A stretch of 64,000 nt of DNA from Eledone cirrhosa (taxonomy: Eukaryota). The translations under genes were made by a program, and so were the position numbers. This document shows, in pieces, positions 44,396 to 56,875 of this stretch. The notes beneath the pieces are model-generated. The model did no database searches, was not told where the DNA came from, and saw only the letters and a program-made list of their open reading frames with translations. Positions within the stretch are counted from its first letter, which is position 1, and every line of letters starts with the position of its first letter. The stretch is from the NCBI GenBank assembly GCA_964016885.1, contig OZ024743.1:349432001-349496000 (forward strand), in the 5' to 3' direction.

Positions 44396-45089
44396 AAGTG
44401 CGAGGGGGAGAGAGATAGAGAGAGAAAAAAGAAGGCAAGAAGAACTTTCCGTGAGAATAAAAACGAGATGAAAATATTTTAAAAAGACAGCAAATAAATT
44501 TGCATGTCTGCCTTTAAGGCACCATATTAAAGATATGAAAATAATTACACGAACAAGTAATGGCTTGAAGGCTATTTGAAAAATTCATATTAAAGTTTAT
44601 AAATGAAAATTTAATATGGATGGATGATGCTACATAGATAGAGAGATAAAAACATGCAAATTAAATAAAATAACAAAATGATACAACAAAAGTTAAATAA
44701 AGACATAATGACGTAAAAAATGAAGAGGGGGGGGGGGTGATTAGAAAAAAGAAAACAAATAAGAAAGGGTCATGTAACTTCCTGCTTATTAACAACGACT
44801 CTTCTTCATTAAAACTGCCTAACATTAACAGCCTTCTATGTATTAACATTGTTTTAAGTGAGATAAAGGCGGCGTTTTTCTTGTAATACAAGAAATACGT
44901 AAATTAATACAGTCATCAGTTCTCAAAAATATTTGGGTAGTTATATTTTTACAAAATAATAATCAAAGGCGCTACCCCAGCATGGGTAAAGAAAAAGAGT
45001 AATAATGATATGCATGCGTGTGAGTGAACGCAGACAAATATGCATACACACGCACACAGCACCCAGACATACTCACACACAAACACACT

Positions 45090-45189
<100 letters not shown>

Positions 45190-45194
45190 AGACA

Positions 45195-45861
45195 GACAAC
45201 GATCAAAGTATACCAAGCTAGCGTGCTGAGTGCCAGGCTGTATGGAAGCGAGGCCTGGACTCCATATTTTTGCCAAGAGCGCAGGTTTCAGCACCTTTCA
45301 TCTGCGCTGCCTCGGGAGGATCCTCGGCATTTCATAGCGGAACCAAGTCCCTAACAAGGATGACGTAGCACGGGCAGGAACTCCCACCATATTTGCCCTG
45401 CTCACAAAGAGACGTTTGCGTTGGCTTGGCCATGTTAACCACATGCGGGATGGCAAAGTGCCCAGGGACATTTTGAATGGTGGGCTTGCCACTTGTTCCG
45501 GACACACAGGAGGGCTCGGGCTCCGTTATAGCGGCGTGGTGAGGGAAGGACCTCGGCGTGTGTGGTGTTGCGCTTGCGTGTCTCCGGGGAGTGACGGCTG
45601 ACCGCGACAGCTGGCAACTTGCGATCGGGTTGGCCATTGAGACATCGGACCGGAGGAGAGAGGAGAGATGGTAGGAAAGTAGCGCAAGCAGACGTCAGAG
45701 AGTGGAGTCAGCACCCTTGGACGACATCGTCTTCTCATGCAGCAACTGCAACAGGCCCTGCCGTTCGATGATCGGGCTCTACAGACAGAGCCGGCGCTAC
45801 AGTCCCAACACAGACTGACTTTCATGGCGCAATCTACATTGTCTCCCAAGACAGACGGATG

Positions 45862-45863
<2 letters not shown>
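45195..45863 (+). mobile_element. RTE-clade LINE 3' fragment
   Basis: IKVYQASVLS.RLYGSEAW, HLRCLGRILGI, RRLRWLGHV..M.D.KVPRDIL.G motifs typical of the RTE C-terminal region. Confidence 0.8.
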
Positions 45864-45955
<92 letters not shown>

Positions 45956-45960
<5 letters not shown>

Positions 45961-46148
45961 AACGAGTAGGACCCCGACGGCTGAGCTCAAGCCATTTCGA
46001 CGGCTAATTCTGGACCAGAATTAACCGTCGAAACGGCTTGAGCTCAGCCGTCGGGGTCCTACTCGTTCCTATTACCCACTCTACTACCCTAAGCATTGAG
46101 GACTTTGGTGCGTTATGGTTCACCCGTTTCCTTACCACATTTCCTTCG

Positions 46149-46150
<2 letters not shown>
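45956..46150. repeat. 117-bp near-perfect palindrome (45956-46072) built from a dispersed repeat also present at 52372-52520 and 54179-54320
   Basis: Centre at 46014, two mismatches seen; shared ctctactaccctaag..ttgag..ctttggtgcgttatgg segment. Confidence 0.85.
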
Positions 46151-46214
<64 letters not shown>

Positions 46215-46286
46215 GGTGTGGTATACTTAAAGCGTCCGTAAGCGGTAGGCCGTTTGAGCACTCGATGCTCTTACAGAGCAGAATAA

Positions 46287-46505
46287 GATATCACCTAAGA
46301 AACGGAGAATCAGTGTTGCGACGAATAACATTTTTGGAAACTCTGCTTCGTAGAATCGAGACTTATCTAAGGACTTTGCGATTTCAGAGTCAGGTTCGAT
46401 CATTACATCGATCGTGCCTCGAGCTGGTCGCCAGAGAAACGATTGTAATATATCTAATAAATTTTATTCCTCGCGACACTGATTCTTCGTTTCTTATGTG
46501 ATATC
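46287..46505. repeat. Short element with ~35-bp terminal inverted repeats (MITE-like)
   Basis: gatatcacctaagaaacggagaatcagtgttgcga versus tcgcgacactgattcttcgtttcttatgtgatatc. Confidence 0.6.
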
Positions 46506-46997
46506 ATACTCCGTTTCTTATGTGATATATATATATATATAGTAATAATAATATTTATACTTATATATGGCGTATATACAATTATAAATATGGGGAGGTA
46601 GTACTAAGCACTAGCGACTTACCGGTAAGAGAAAAGGCACAATGTAAATTATCGAATGTATTACATTTTTGGCTTGGTATCTTTTGCTCATGTTTTACCT
46701 TAAAGAATATCTGTACATACAATATGCTCAATATTTCACTTTTCACCATTGCTCTTTATTCTGTGATATCTGTAACATAACATCTTTTTGTAACACTTGC
46801 TTTTCAATATGATGTCACTGACACTGTCAATAGTTACGTATCTTTACCAATGTTCTGAAGACTAGGATTATAATAATTTGTTTAAACATTGTGTATGCTC
46901 CGATGTTTCTACACATTCGTCTGGAAGAAACAATTGTCAGAAATTAAATGTATTAATCTAAAATTGTGTTTTATATTTTGTATATATATATATTTAT

Positions 46998-47188
<191 letters not shown>

Positions 47189-47190
47189 TA

Positions 47191-49870
47191 TTTAGCAGTA
47201 TTAGTTGTAGATGTTATCGCCACTTTAGCAGCGTGGTAGAATCAGTGGTCGTTAGTTGCCAGTGTGGTAAGTGATAGTATCCTCGTTGGATTATCTTGTC
47301 GACATAGACGTGAGGGAAGGTCCCTCGATCTATTTACCATCTATTTACAATATTCCTTTCGTCAGGTCGCCAATTCCAGCAGCATGGATTAAAGATGTTA
47401 TTGAGATGCAAGTGACATAATAACAGCAGAAATTAGAGATGAAATGTTTGTTTATTTATATGGTTGAAGTTACAGATACAAAGAGGTTACAATAGGAAAT
47501 GTGCCATTGCGCCGTTAAGCCGGCGAGGCTAGGGGTGCAATATCTCACTCCTACATTATGCGTGTTGCTGGCTCGAAGTTTCTGGTACAAGCTAGAGATT
47601 CTTCAAATCTTCGCGGGGAATTTCTTCCTCAGGGCGCGTAGGGATACATCCTCTTCTACTGGCGCTGATTGGCTGAACTGAGCCAAATCACGCACAGAGA
47701 ATGTATGTGAGCCCGCGGAATGTAGGTCACTACATCACCTCCAACCAGATTTTCAGCCGAAAATCGATAACGAAGAAACCAAGGACCTACATATTATTGA
47801 ATCAGCAAGAACAAATGCTGAAAGAGCACATCAGTGAAAAAATAATTGAGCAGAAGGTTGCATGCAAGAACAAAAAATGAGGCGCTACGGGCCGTGTTGA
47901 GCCGCTGTGTCAAATGACCAATTGTTTTGTTGTTTATACGTGACCGCCAAAGGTCTAACAAAAAAACGGATAAAGTCTGACATGGGCGAAGTTGCCGTTC
48001 TTGCATTAAATGTTAATAATGGTAAGCGTTGTACCAGTAGCTGTGAACGAAGCTATTATGGTAGTTTACCAGTGCTGGCGAGAAAATGATGGCCCCCAGA
48101 TGTATTGTCGAATGTGCTGTGGAGCCAGGAAAAAATGGCTGGTTGCTTTGTAAAGAACAAAAGGCAAGTTTAATCTGTAGGTGGGTTGCAGTGTAAATTC
48201 CATAATTCGGGCGAATCCACAGAAGTGGCCGAAATGCTAACAAGTCCAGTTCAATTTGTTGCTTTCCCAGCGAGTCGGGCAAAAACAACAAGACGGATGG
48301 CCGTCATGGACGATCAGTGTGCAACGAGATGCGAAGCTGTTTGAGTTCAGCTGCAATTAGAATTCCCGTGTTGCGGTGCCTGTATGAATCCAGTGGATTA
48401 AACTCTGTGAGCTGCTAGCATGTGACAGCATCTCAACCAGGTGAAAAGGGACTCGCAGAATATTACGTTTGAAGAACATATACCAAGAACAACATGTTGG
48501 TGTGTGATAAAAAAATGTGTGCATATGCAGGCATGTAAAACAGCAAAGAATGTGAATGAACAAAAACCATGAGCAAGCAAATAGCAAAAGAGCACAAAAC
48601 AAGTAAATGCATTCTACAAAGAAATATGTGAATGTAACAAACTGATAATTCAAAGTCAATCTAGGGGAGCAGAGAAATTGCTCAATAAGTTCAAAGTTTT
48701 TCAAAGTCAAATAGTTCACACATCACCAGTGTACAGACACTAGTTCTATCTGAAAACTGAAAAAGAAGTTTGTTAATGCCGTTAGGGGTTAGATGTATGG
48801 TGTTTTTGTGAGATTTCGTGGCCATTTTCCCGTCCCGCCACACGGTTGTGTTGCTTCTTGTTAAAGCAAAGTCAAAGAATCTTCTGTAGAGTAGGAGTCA
48901 CCAAATATGGCAGTCACGTCTGACGCCATAATGGTGAGAAAACTACTGTCTCAATTTCTCGCGTCCCTGTGGTAACGAGACAGAAGGTATAGTGGTTGCG
49001 TCGGTAAAGTTACAAGCCGTTTTGAAATTTCCGATGTGTGGTGGTTGGCGTCGGTAAGGTTATGAAGCTGCCACTCACTGTTCCCTGTATTGGTCAGTGG
49101 TTAAACAACGCTGTCGCTGCTGCTGTCATTGTTGTTGTCAAGCGTAGCCATGACATGTCGGTAGCCATCTTGAAATTTTTTCGTGGCGAAAAAGTTTTTG
49201 AAATACTGCTAATTTTTCAAAAATCTTAAAAGGAATATTCTGGATTTTCGCAAGTTGCGACGTGGCAATAAAAGTTAAACTGAATGAATAAGAAGGGCTG
49301 CGTGATATTCTTACGTCGGTCACCACTTTAGCAGTATTAGTTGTAGATGTTATCGCCACTTTAGCAGGGTGGTAGAATCAGTGGTCGTTAGTTGCCAGTG
49401 TGGTAAGTGATAGTATCCTCGTTGGATTATCTTGTCGACATAGACGTGAGGGAAGGTCCCTCGATCTATTTACCATCTATTTACAATATTCCTTTCGTCA
49501 GGTCGCCAATTCCAGCAGCATGGATTAAAGATGTTATTGAGATGCAAGTGACATAATAACAGCAGAAATTAGAGATGAAATGTTTGTTTATTTATATGGT
49601 TGAAGTTACAGATACAAAGAGGTTACAATAGGAAATGTGCCATTGCGCCGTTAAGCCGGCGAGGCTAGGGGTGCAATATCTCACTCCTACATTATGCGTG
49701 TTGCTGGCTCGAAGTTTCTGGTACAAGCTAGAGATTCATCAAATCTTCGCGGGGAATTTCTTCCTCAGGGCTCGTAGGGATACATCCTCTTCTACTGGCG
49801 CTGATTGGCTGAACTGAGCCAAATCACGCACAGAGAATGTATGTGAGCCCGCAGAATGTAGGTCACTATA
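47191..49870 (-). mobile_element. Non-autonomous LTR retroelement with near-identical LTRs
   Basis: 544-bp direct repeat 47191-47734 / 49327-49870; LTR start TGTAGTGAC on -; purine-rich ggttggaggtga just before the 3' LTR; TGGTGACTCCTAC (tRNA-Trp-like PBS) at 48891-48903; no intact internal ORF. Confidence 0.7.
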
Positions 49871-51950
49871 TATATATATATATACACACATAGTTGTATA
49901 ATTGAGCGGTTTGTGCACGTGGTTTTTTGAAATATCTAGAATTCGGATTCTAACCAGCGCACTAACTCTATAGTGCTGCCTAATCGCATGTTAGCATTTA
50001 ATGCCCAGGAAGGTTTTAGGCACTACCATTGTTACTGCTGCACTATTTCTCGCGGTGGTACTTAGAGACTGAAGCCGAATGCTACCATTCTATTGTACCG
50101 CAATTGAAGACTGATTTCCTCTAATAACCGATTTTTTACTCGCTTGTTATGGCTGAGTGCTTATGGCAGGAGCGGAGCTATTTGAATTTCGTCTCCTATC
50201 GTCATTAAATTTCTGAAACAGTATTCAATCGTTTGACCGCATTGTGATGACGCGTGGGGATTTCAGTTGCTAATGTTTTACTGTGTTGACGGTCACATTC
50301 ACTGTCATAGCCGACACGGATAGGATTCGAATTATGTCGATCGATTGGTTATTGATTAGGTGAAAGCCGTTCAGGAAGCGACATACGCCGATTTTGCATT
50401 GTTGCATAATATATGTAGACTGTTTGATGCTGTGCACTATATTGTTGCATTAAGTGTGGCCGAAACTCGTGTACGGGTATAGAGTGAAAGTACCCATTGA
50501 CGTGTGTCGTATTGAAGCGAATAACTATGTGTCTACTCTGGGATTTTACATAACATTACCTCAGCATTTCAGCATTCCCTTCCTCCGCAATTGATTTCTA
50601 TAGTTTCAACATAGTATGGCTTCTTTCTTTTGATTCATGTAATTCATGCAGTCCAGGATCGAACATGATATAGTCGGGAGCACACCAGGCATATACATAT
50701 TATTTTGTGGCTATTGTTATTTCTGTGACCTATGTTATCCGTCATTAAACAGGTTTGCGATCGAAGACATTTCAGTCGCAACTAGCCCTTATTTACATGG
50801 ACGTATTTAGAGCTACATTTTTCAGTATACACTTTATTTACTTCAGATGGTAAGTTATGATTAGGGGGATATTTATTATCCATCTCTAACACATCAAGCG
50901 ACCACATAGTTGCTCTTTAACAGCTTAATTCTTCTTCGATATCGTCGATGCAAAAGTTTTTTGTTTCCTGTATATTTCAATCAATAGCCTGTTATCTTTC
51001 CTAAACTCAATGTCACCCCAAAAGGACATTGTGTATTTAACTACCAACTCATGACATCCTGCCTTCACTACATTTTCTTGTCTTATACGACTACTTTAAT
51101 CCCTGCAAGTTTGAAACCTTTCTTTTATGTGTATATTACACGTTGCCTTCAGTAGTTAGAACAATAACAAAAGTAAAATAACGAAAAGCATACTAAATTC
51201 ATTCGCTTAATATATAAACTCTGCAATTCTTATTCCTAGTCAAGTTTGAGTATATTTAAAAACCCGATTACCGTGGCTGTTATATCCATTATAATTGTGA
51301 TACAAAATGTTGGGCAACACAATCAGTGACGTATGTTTGCGGATGATTTTTATATAGTAGTTTCGAGAGTTTACAGGTCATCTAAAGAGAAAATGATCCC
51401 CAATTTGATGATCTGGTCTATATGTTTGTAAAGGGATGAGCTCTGCTAAAGACATCTAAACTCTAGACAGATTACTGAGCGACAGACCTCGCATATAGGT
51501 AACAGCAGGATTTGATAGCATTCTTGATAAATGACTAACAACCCAAATCGAATTTCGATACTCAAAATCATTCGTTGCTTTTCAATTGAATATTTGTTAA
51601 CTGGAATTCTTACTCGCGGCACACGTTCGTGAGTATCATTAGCTACATCATTGCAGCATCTTAAAAATAGAGCTTCGTGGGTTCAGGTGTGGTGATCCCC
51701 GTGCTTTGACACGTATCATGGTCTTATAGATGATAAACGTTTACTTTTTGGCAAAATGCCCTATATGTCTTATTTGTCTTCCGACGCATGCGACTGAACA
51801 CATTCATCAACGGCTTCCGTCTATCTTATTTCAATGTTCACCCTCATCAATTTACAGTATCATGTTACAGTGATAATTACTTGACACATGACCTCTGGGT
51901 TACAAATGAAGCAATGAAATAAGCACACACGCATACACACACGCGCGTGC

Positions 51951-51982
<32 letters not shown>

Positions 51983-52071
51983 ATGTATGTGTATATGTGT
52001 ATATATATATATGTATATATATCACCTTGAGCACCTTGACCAACCAGTCTGTATATATATATATATATATA

Positions 52072-52127
<56 letters not shown>

Positions 52128-52322
52128 AGTTATATGTAATCTCTGCAAACATTAATAGTTACACCCTAATCCATGTACTCTTCCTACTCTCTCCTGCCCC
52201 CTACCCCACCCCACCCAACACACTCTTTATAACTTCCCATTAATCTTATTTACGTTTTATTAGCTGACATTATCAACAGCCTCTTTATGATTTAATTTAG
52301 GGACTGTTTTCTTTAATATTTA

Positions 52323-52371
<49 letters not shown>

Positions 52372-52375
<4 letters not shown>

Positions 52376-53262
52376 CAAAGGAATTGTGGTATGGAACCAG
52401 ATGGACCATAACGCACCAGAGTACTCAATACTTAGGGTAGTAGAGTGGGAAATAGGAAAAAGTATGACCCCGACGGCAGAGCTCCTGCCGTTTCGACGGC
52501 TATTTCTGGACGAAATTAGAATTTTTAGCCTGCTGAAGGACCACAAATCCGACTTCGACAGCAAACCATTCATTAGGCTTATAAACCCAACGAAGTCGGA
52601 CATAGGGAGAATCAGTAAACAGATCCTAGATTGAGTTATACCAAAAGTTAAGCAAAACGTGAGACTTAGCCTATGCGTCAGCACCCAGGAGGTAATCTCA
52701 TGGTTCAGGAATATGGAGGACAAACGAGACACAAAATTCATCCAGTTTGACATAGAGAGTTACTATGCATCTATTACCTTACCGCTCCTTACGGCCGCCT
52801 TGGACTTTGCCGAAACACTCACACCCATCACTAATCAGGAAAAAATATCATTCTCCACGCCAGGAAGACAGTCCTACTTTTCGACAACCCCAAGTGGATA
52901 AAGAGAGCTCTTGATTCCCCCTTCGACGTCAGTATGGGCGCGACGGATTCGGCCGAGGTCACAGATCTTATAAGATTATTCCTACTATTTAAACTCACCG
53001 AAATATTTTCTGCATCGGCGGTGGATTGTACCGGGATGATGGGTTCCTCACCCTCAAAGGGTACAACCCCAGTAGTACAGACCGGGTCCGTAAACAACTA
53101 ATCAACTTCTTCCGGGACTGGGGATTTAAAATCACCCTACAAACTCCCTAATCCGAGTCAATTTCCTGCACGTTACCCTTAACCTCGAAAAGGATCTGTA
53201 CTACCCATACAGGAAACCAAACGACAACCTGCACTACATCCACCGCCGCTCTAACCACCCTA
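52372..53262 (+). mobile_element. Penelope-like RT fragment preceded by an inverted terminal-repeat fragment
   Basis: [56 protein letters not shown] (53023-53043), PYRKPND. Confidence 0.85.
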
Positions 53263-53349
53263 ATAAAGTGACACTTATCTGGTGACTGTTTCTTTCTGTT
53301 GCCAATATTTGCAGCCTGACCATCCCCAAATATAACAATATATATATAT

Positions 53350-53692
53350 ATTAAATATCAGGATTAGTGCCCTGAAATAGCGATATATATATGAATGTAT
53401 ATATAGTGAATTTTGCAATACACTGCATGCTTAATTAAAAGCATATAAGAATCCAACATTCATAATTTTCAACAAGCAAGGGGGTTGCTAATCTCTGAGG
53501 AATACCAACAGTATGAAACAGAGATCTGTCAGCCTATCTCCCTTTGTTTGTTGAAAAGAGAAGTAAGTGGCAAAGTCACTACTTTAAAACAATAGCGTAA
53601 GGTCTTCAAAATGCTTTTAATTAACATACAGTGTATTTCACCATACACTATATATACATTCATATATATATATCGCTATTTCAGAGCACCAA

Positions 53693-53700
<8 letters not shown>
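53350..53700. repeat. Imperfect inverted repeat enclosing the hammerhead
   Basis: gtgccctgaaatagcgatatatat...ttaattaaaagcat versus atgcttttaattaa...atatatatcgctatttcagagcac. Confidence 0.75.
53467..53557 (+). ncRNA. Type I hammerhead ribozyme motif with extended stem I
   Basis: CTGAGGA(53495-53501) atac-caaca-gtat GAAA cag-agat-ctg TC; distal stem tttcaacaagcaagggg/ccctttgtttgttgaaa. Confidence 0.8.
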
Positions 53701-53772
<72 letters not shown>

Positions 53773-53778
<6 letters not shown>

Positions 53779-54045
53779 ATTGAATATAAAAGATAGATAA
53801 ACACAGTTTTATACATATATGTGTTCAAATCGTAAGAGACCAGATTCGCTAGGATGAAAAATTTACTAACTATGAACTCCAATGTCGGTTTGTATTTATT
53901 TTCTTGATTTATTCTTAAATTGAGTCTGGCAAACCCTATTGTTCATAGTTAGTAATTTTTTCACCCTAGCGAATCTAGTCCCTTACGATCTGAACATATA
54001 TATGTATATATCTGTGTTTATCTCTCTTTTATATTCAATTATGTT
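53773..54045. repeat. Fold-back element, ~105-bp arms and ~63-bp spacer
   Basis: acataattgaatataaaaga...actaactatgaac versus gttcatagttagt...tcttttatattcaattatgt. Confidence 0.85.
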
Positions 54046-54129
54046 ATACGGCTCGGAACAAACTCTCTTTCCTTGCGCTATTTAATTGGAAGAGACTATT
54101 TTGAGTTTCTAACTCAATATACACCTTTG

Positions 54130-54166
<37 letters not shown>

Positions 54167-54337
54167 CGTATAGGAACGAGTAGGACCCCGACGGCTATGC
54201 TCAAGCCGTTTCGACGGCTAATTCTGGACTCACTTTTTTTACCTACTCTACTACCCTAAGTATTGAGTACTTTGGTGCGTTATGGTCCATCTGGTTCCTT
54301 ACCACATTTCCTTCGTTATATATATGTATATATATAT

Positions 54338-54413
<76 letters not shown>

Positions 54414-54512
54414 AATGAAGTAATTCCGTCGGAAAAGTCCAGGAAAAAAGAGTGCTCTATGTAGGTAACAGAGCTTAATTATTATTATGTAATAAATAAC
54501 ATAAGGCAAGTA

Positions 54513-54572
54513 TTCCATTTACCAGTGGTTTCTTAAAAGCAAAAGGTTTTGCTTTCAATCCTCAGAATGAAA
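54513..54572 (-). ncRNA. Type I hammerhead ribozyme motif
   Basis: ttcatt CTGAGGA ttgaaagcaaaa-cc-ttttgcttttaa GAAA cc-act-gg TA aatgga; canonical core, 12-bp stem II. Confidence 0.8.
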
Positions 54573-54862
54573 AAATCCTGGTTTGTTTATTGAATTTGGA
54601 TTTTAAAAAACAAAAATGCAATCTATATGAAAGTGAGGCTGGAGAAGGAAGAAGGAAAGAAAAAATAAAATAAAACTACACATGCAAACACGCACACAAA
54701 AAACCCAAAAGCATACATACACACACACATATATATATATATATACATATATACATATACACATATATACATATACATACACATATATACACATACACAT
54801 ACATACACATATACACATACATACACTCATACATACACACACACACACACATATACACACAC

Positions 54863-54893
<31 letters not shown>

Positions 54894-55305
54894 TACATAT
54901 ATATATATATATGTGTACAAGCATACACATACACAAACATAGCCATACACACACATATATATACATACATACATTCACACAATCATACATATATATATAC
55001 ACACGTACATACATACACATGCATTAATGCACTCCTCTACATATTCACACACGCAAATAAATATAAGAAAAAAATATATATATATATTAAAAATATTTGA
55101 CACCCTTACACAAGGCAGCTAACTGGACAGACACGCGTGGTAAGTAATACACACAAATGCACGTATACATACGTACGAAATAGTAAACACATACACACAC
55201 TCTCACACATAAATATACAAATACATTAACACATACATACACATACATGTACAAACACGCACGCGTATACAATATATACACACACATATGTATATGTAAT
55301 TATAT

Positions 55306-55346
<41 letters not shown>

Positions 55347-55460
55347 AATATAAACACACACACACACATATGTATACATACACACACATATACATACATA
55401 GCTAAACAATTATACACATACAAATACGTACATATCATAAACACGCACAACCAAATACAA

Positions 55461-55517
<57 letters not shown>

Positions 55518-55645
55518 TACATATGCATACACATACACACACACATACATGTGTGTATGTGTAAAACTCAGTCTTAGATATTTCATATGAACCTTACATA
55601 TACATATATATAGTAGTAAAGTAATAAAGCAACATAAGGCAATTA

Positions 55646-55705
55646 TTCCATTCACCAGTGGTTTCTTAAAAGCAAAAAAATTTTCCTTCAATCTTCAGAA
55701 TGAAA
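55646..55705 (-). ncRNA. Second copy of the same hammerhead, cleavage triplet GUG (likely inactive)
   Basis: ttcatt CTGAAGA ttgaaggaaaa...ttttgcttttaa GAAA ccactgg TG aatgga; flanks shared with 54490-54585. Confidence 0.6.
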
Positions 55706-56844
55706 AAAACCTGGTCTATCCACATATACATACATATACACACACAAATATATACATATATATACACATACACATACACACACATACATATATATATATA
55801 TACATACGTATATACATATATATATATACACACACATATACATACACATACACATAGGTATGTGAAGGGCAAGGCAAAAAGAATATATGGGGGGGGGGGA
55901 CATAAGAAAAGGTGAAATATAAGGGGAGGTAAGGGAGAAAAAAATTAAGTAAATATACAAGAGTACAGAACGTAGAATCAGCAAAATAAAAACCGTAGCA
56001 GAAGTAAAGAGCAGAGATGGAGTTCAAGGCGGTTGATTTATAGTATTTCAGTTCATCATATCGACCCAAGTATTAAATTTCAAGTTGACAAAATGTATCG
56101 ATATATATTTTTTCAGATGTCCGAATTAATTCTTTGGCGTCACAAACTAAACATGCAGCTCCTCATATACCGGAAGTACCATAAGGAAGCTACACATATG
56201 GATCAATGAACACGTGACAATAATAGCCTCTTCTGTTAAAAAAAAAAAACATCTTTACATATACAGCAACCAAATCATTGAGGTGAGTATAGAGGTCACT
56301 GAAAGAAATATAGGAAATTTAAGGATTAAGTAAGCCATTTTTAGCAGCCGAATAACACAAAACATAAAAATAGGTCAGAAGGGCACGATGCAGAATGGTT
56401 ATTGTAGCGACCCCGTGCTTGCGCATGCGTTTTGCAAACACATAGACCCGTTAGGGCAGAAATGTCTGTTGATCACTCGTTTATTTTGTCTTGAACTGTT
56501 TCAGTTTCGCATCTGAAAAGAGAGTCATAGCCCTGAAATAACATGCTAACATACACGAGTAAAATATTACTTTGTTTTTGTTTTGTTTCATTTGTCAACA
56601 TTTGCCCTTCGTATTTTCCTACCACATTGTACCGGTTGAAAAAAGAAATTATATTCCTTTAAATTAAACATGTAAGTAAATATGTCTATTTGTATATATG
56701 AATACATGTATATATGAATATAGAACTATTTCTACATACGCCCATAAACACATGCAAAGACATACATATTTTCACGATCTTATATACATTTTCGAAAGAG
56801 AAAGAAAGAGTGAAAGGCAGAGAAGTAGATAGAAGAAAGACAAC

Positions 56845-56875
<31 letters not shown>

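Noticed and set aside
46848-46945. Hammerhead-like CTGAAGA...GAAAcaattgTC
   Set aside because: Core boxes are present but stems I and II pair poorly; counted only as a possible relic
49890-51000. Possible second decayed gag-like region
   Set aside because: Only vague residue patterns, with no ORF, LTR or PBS
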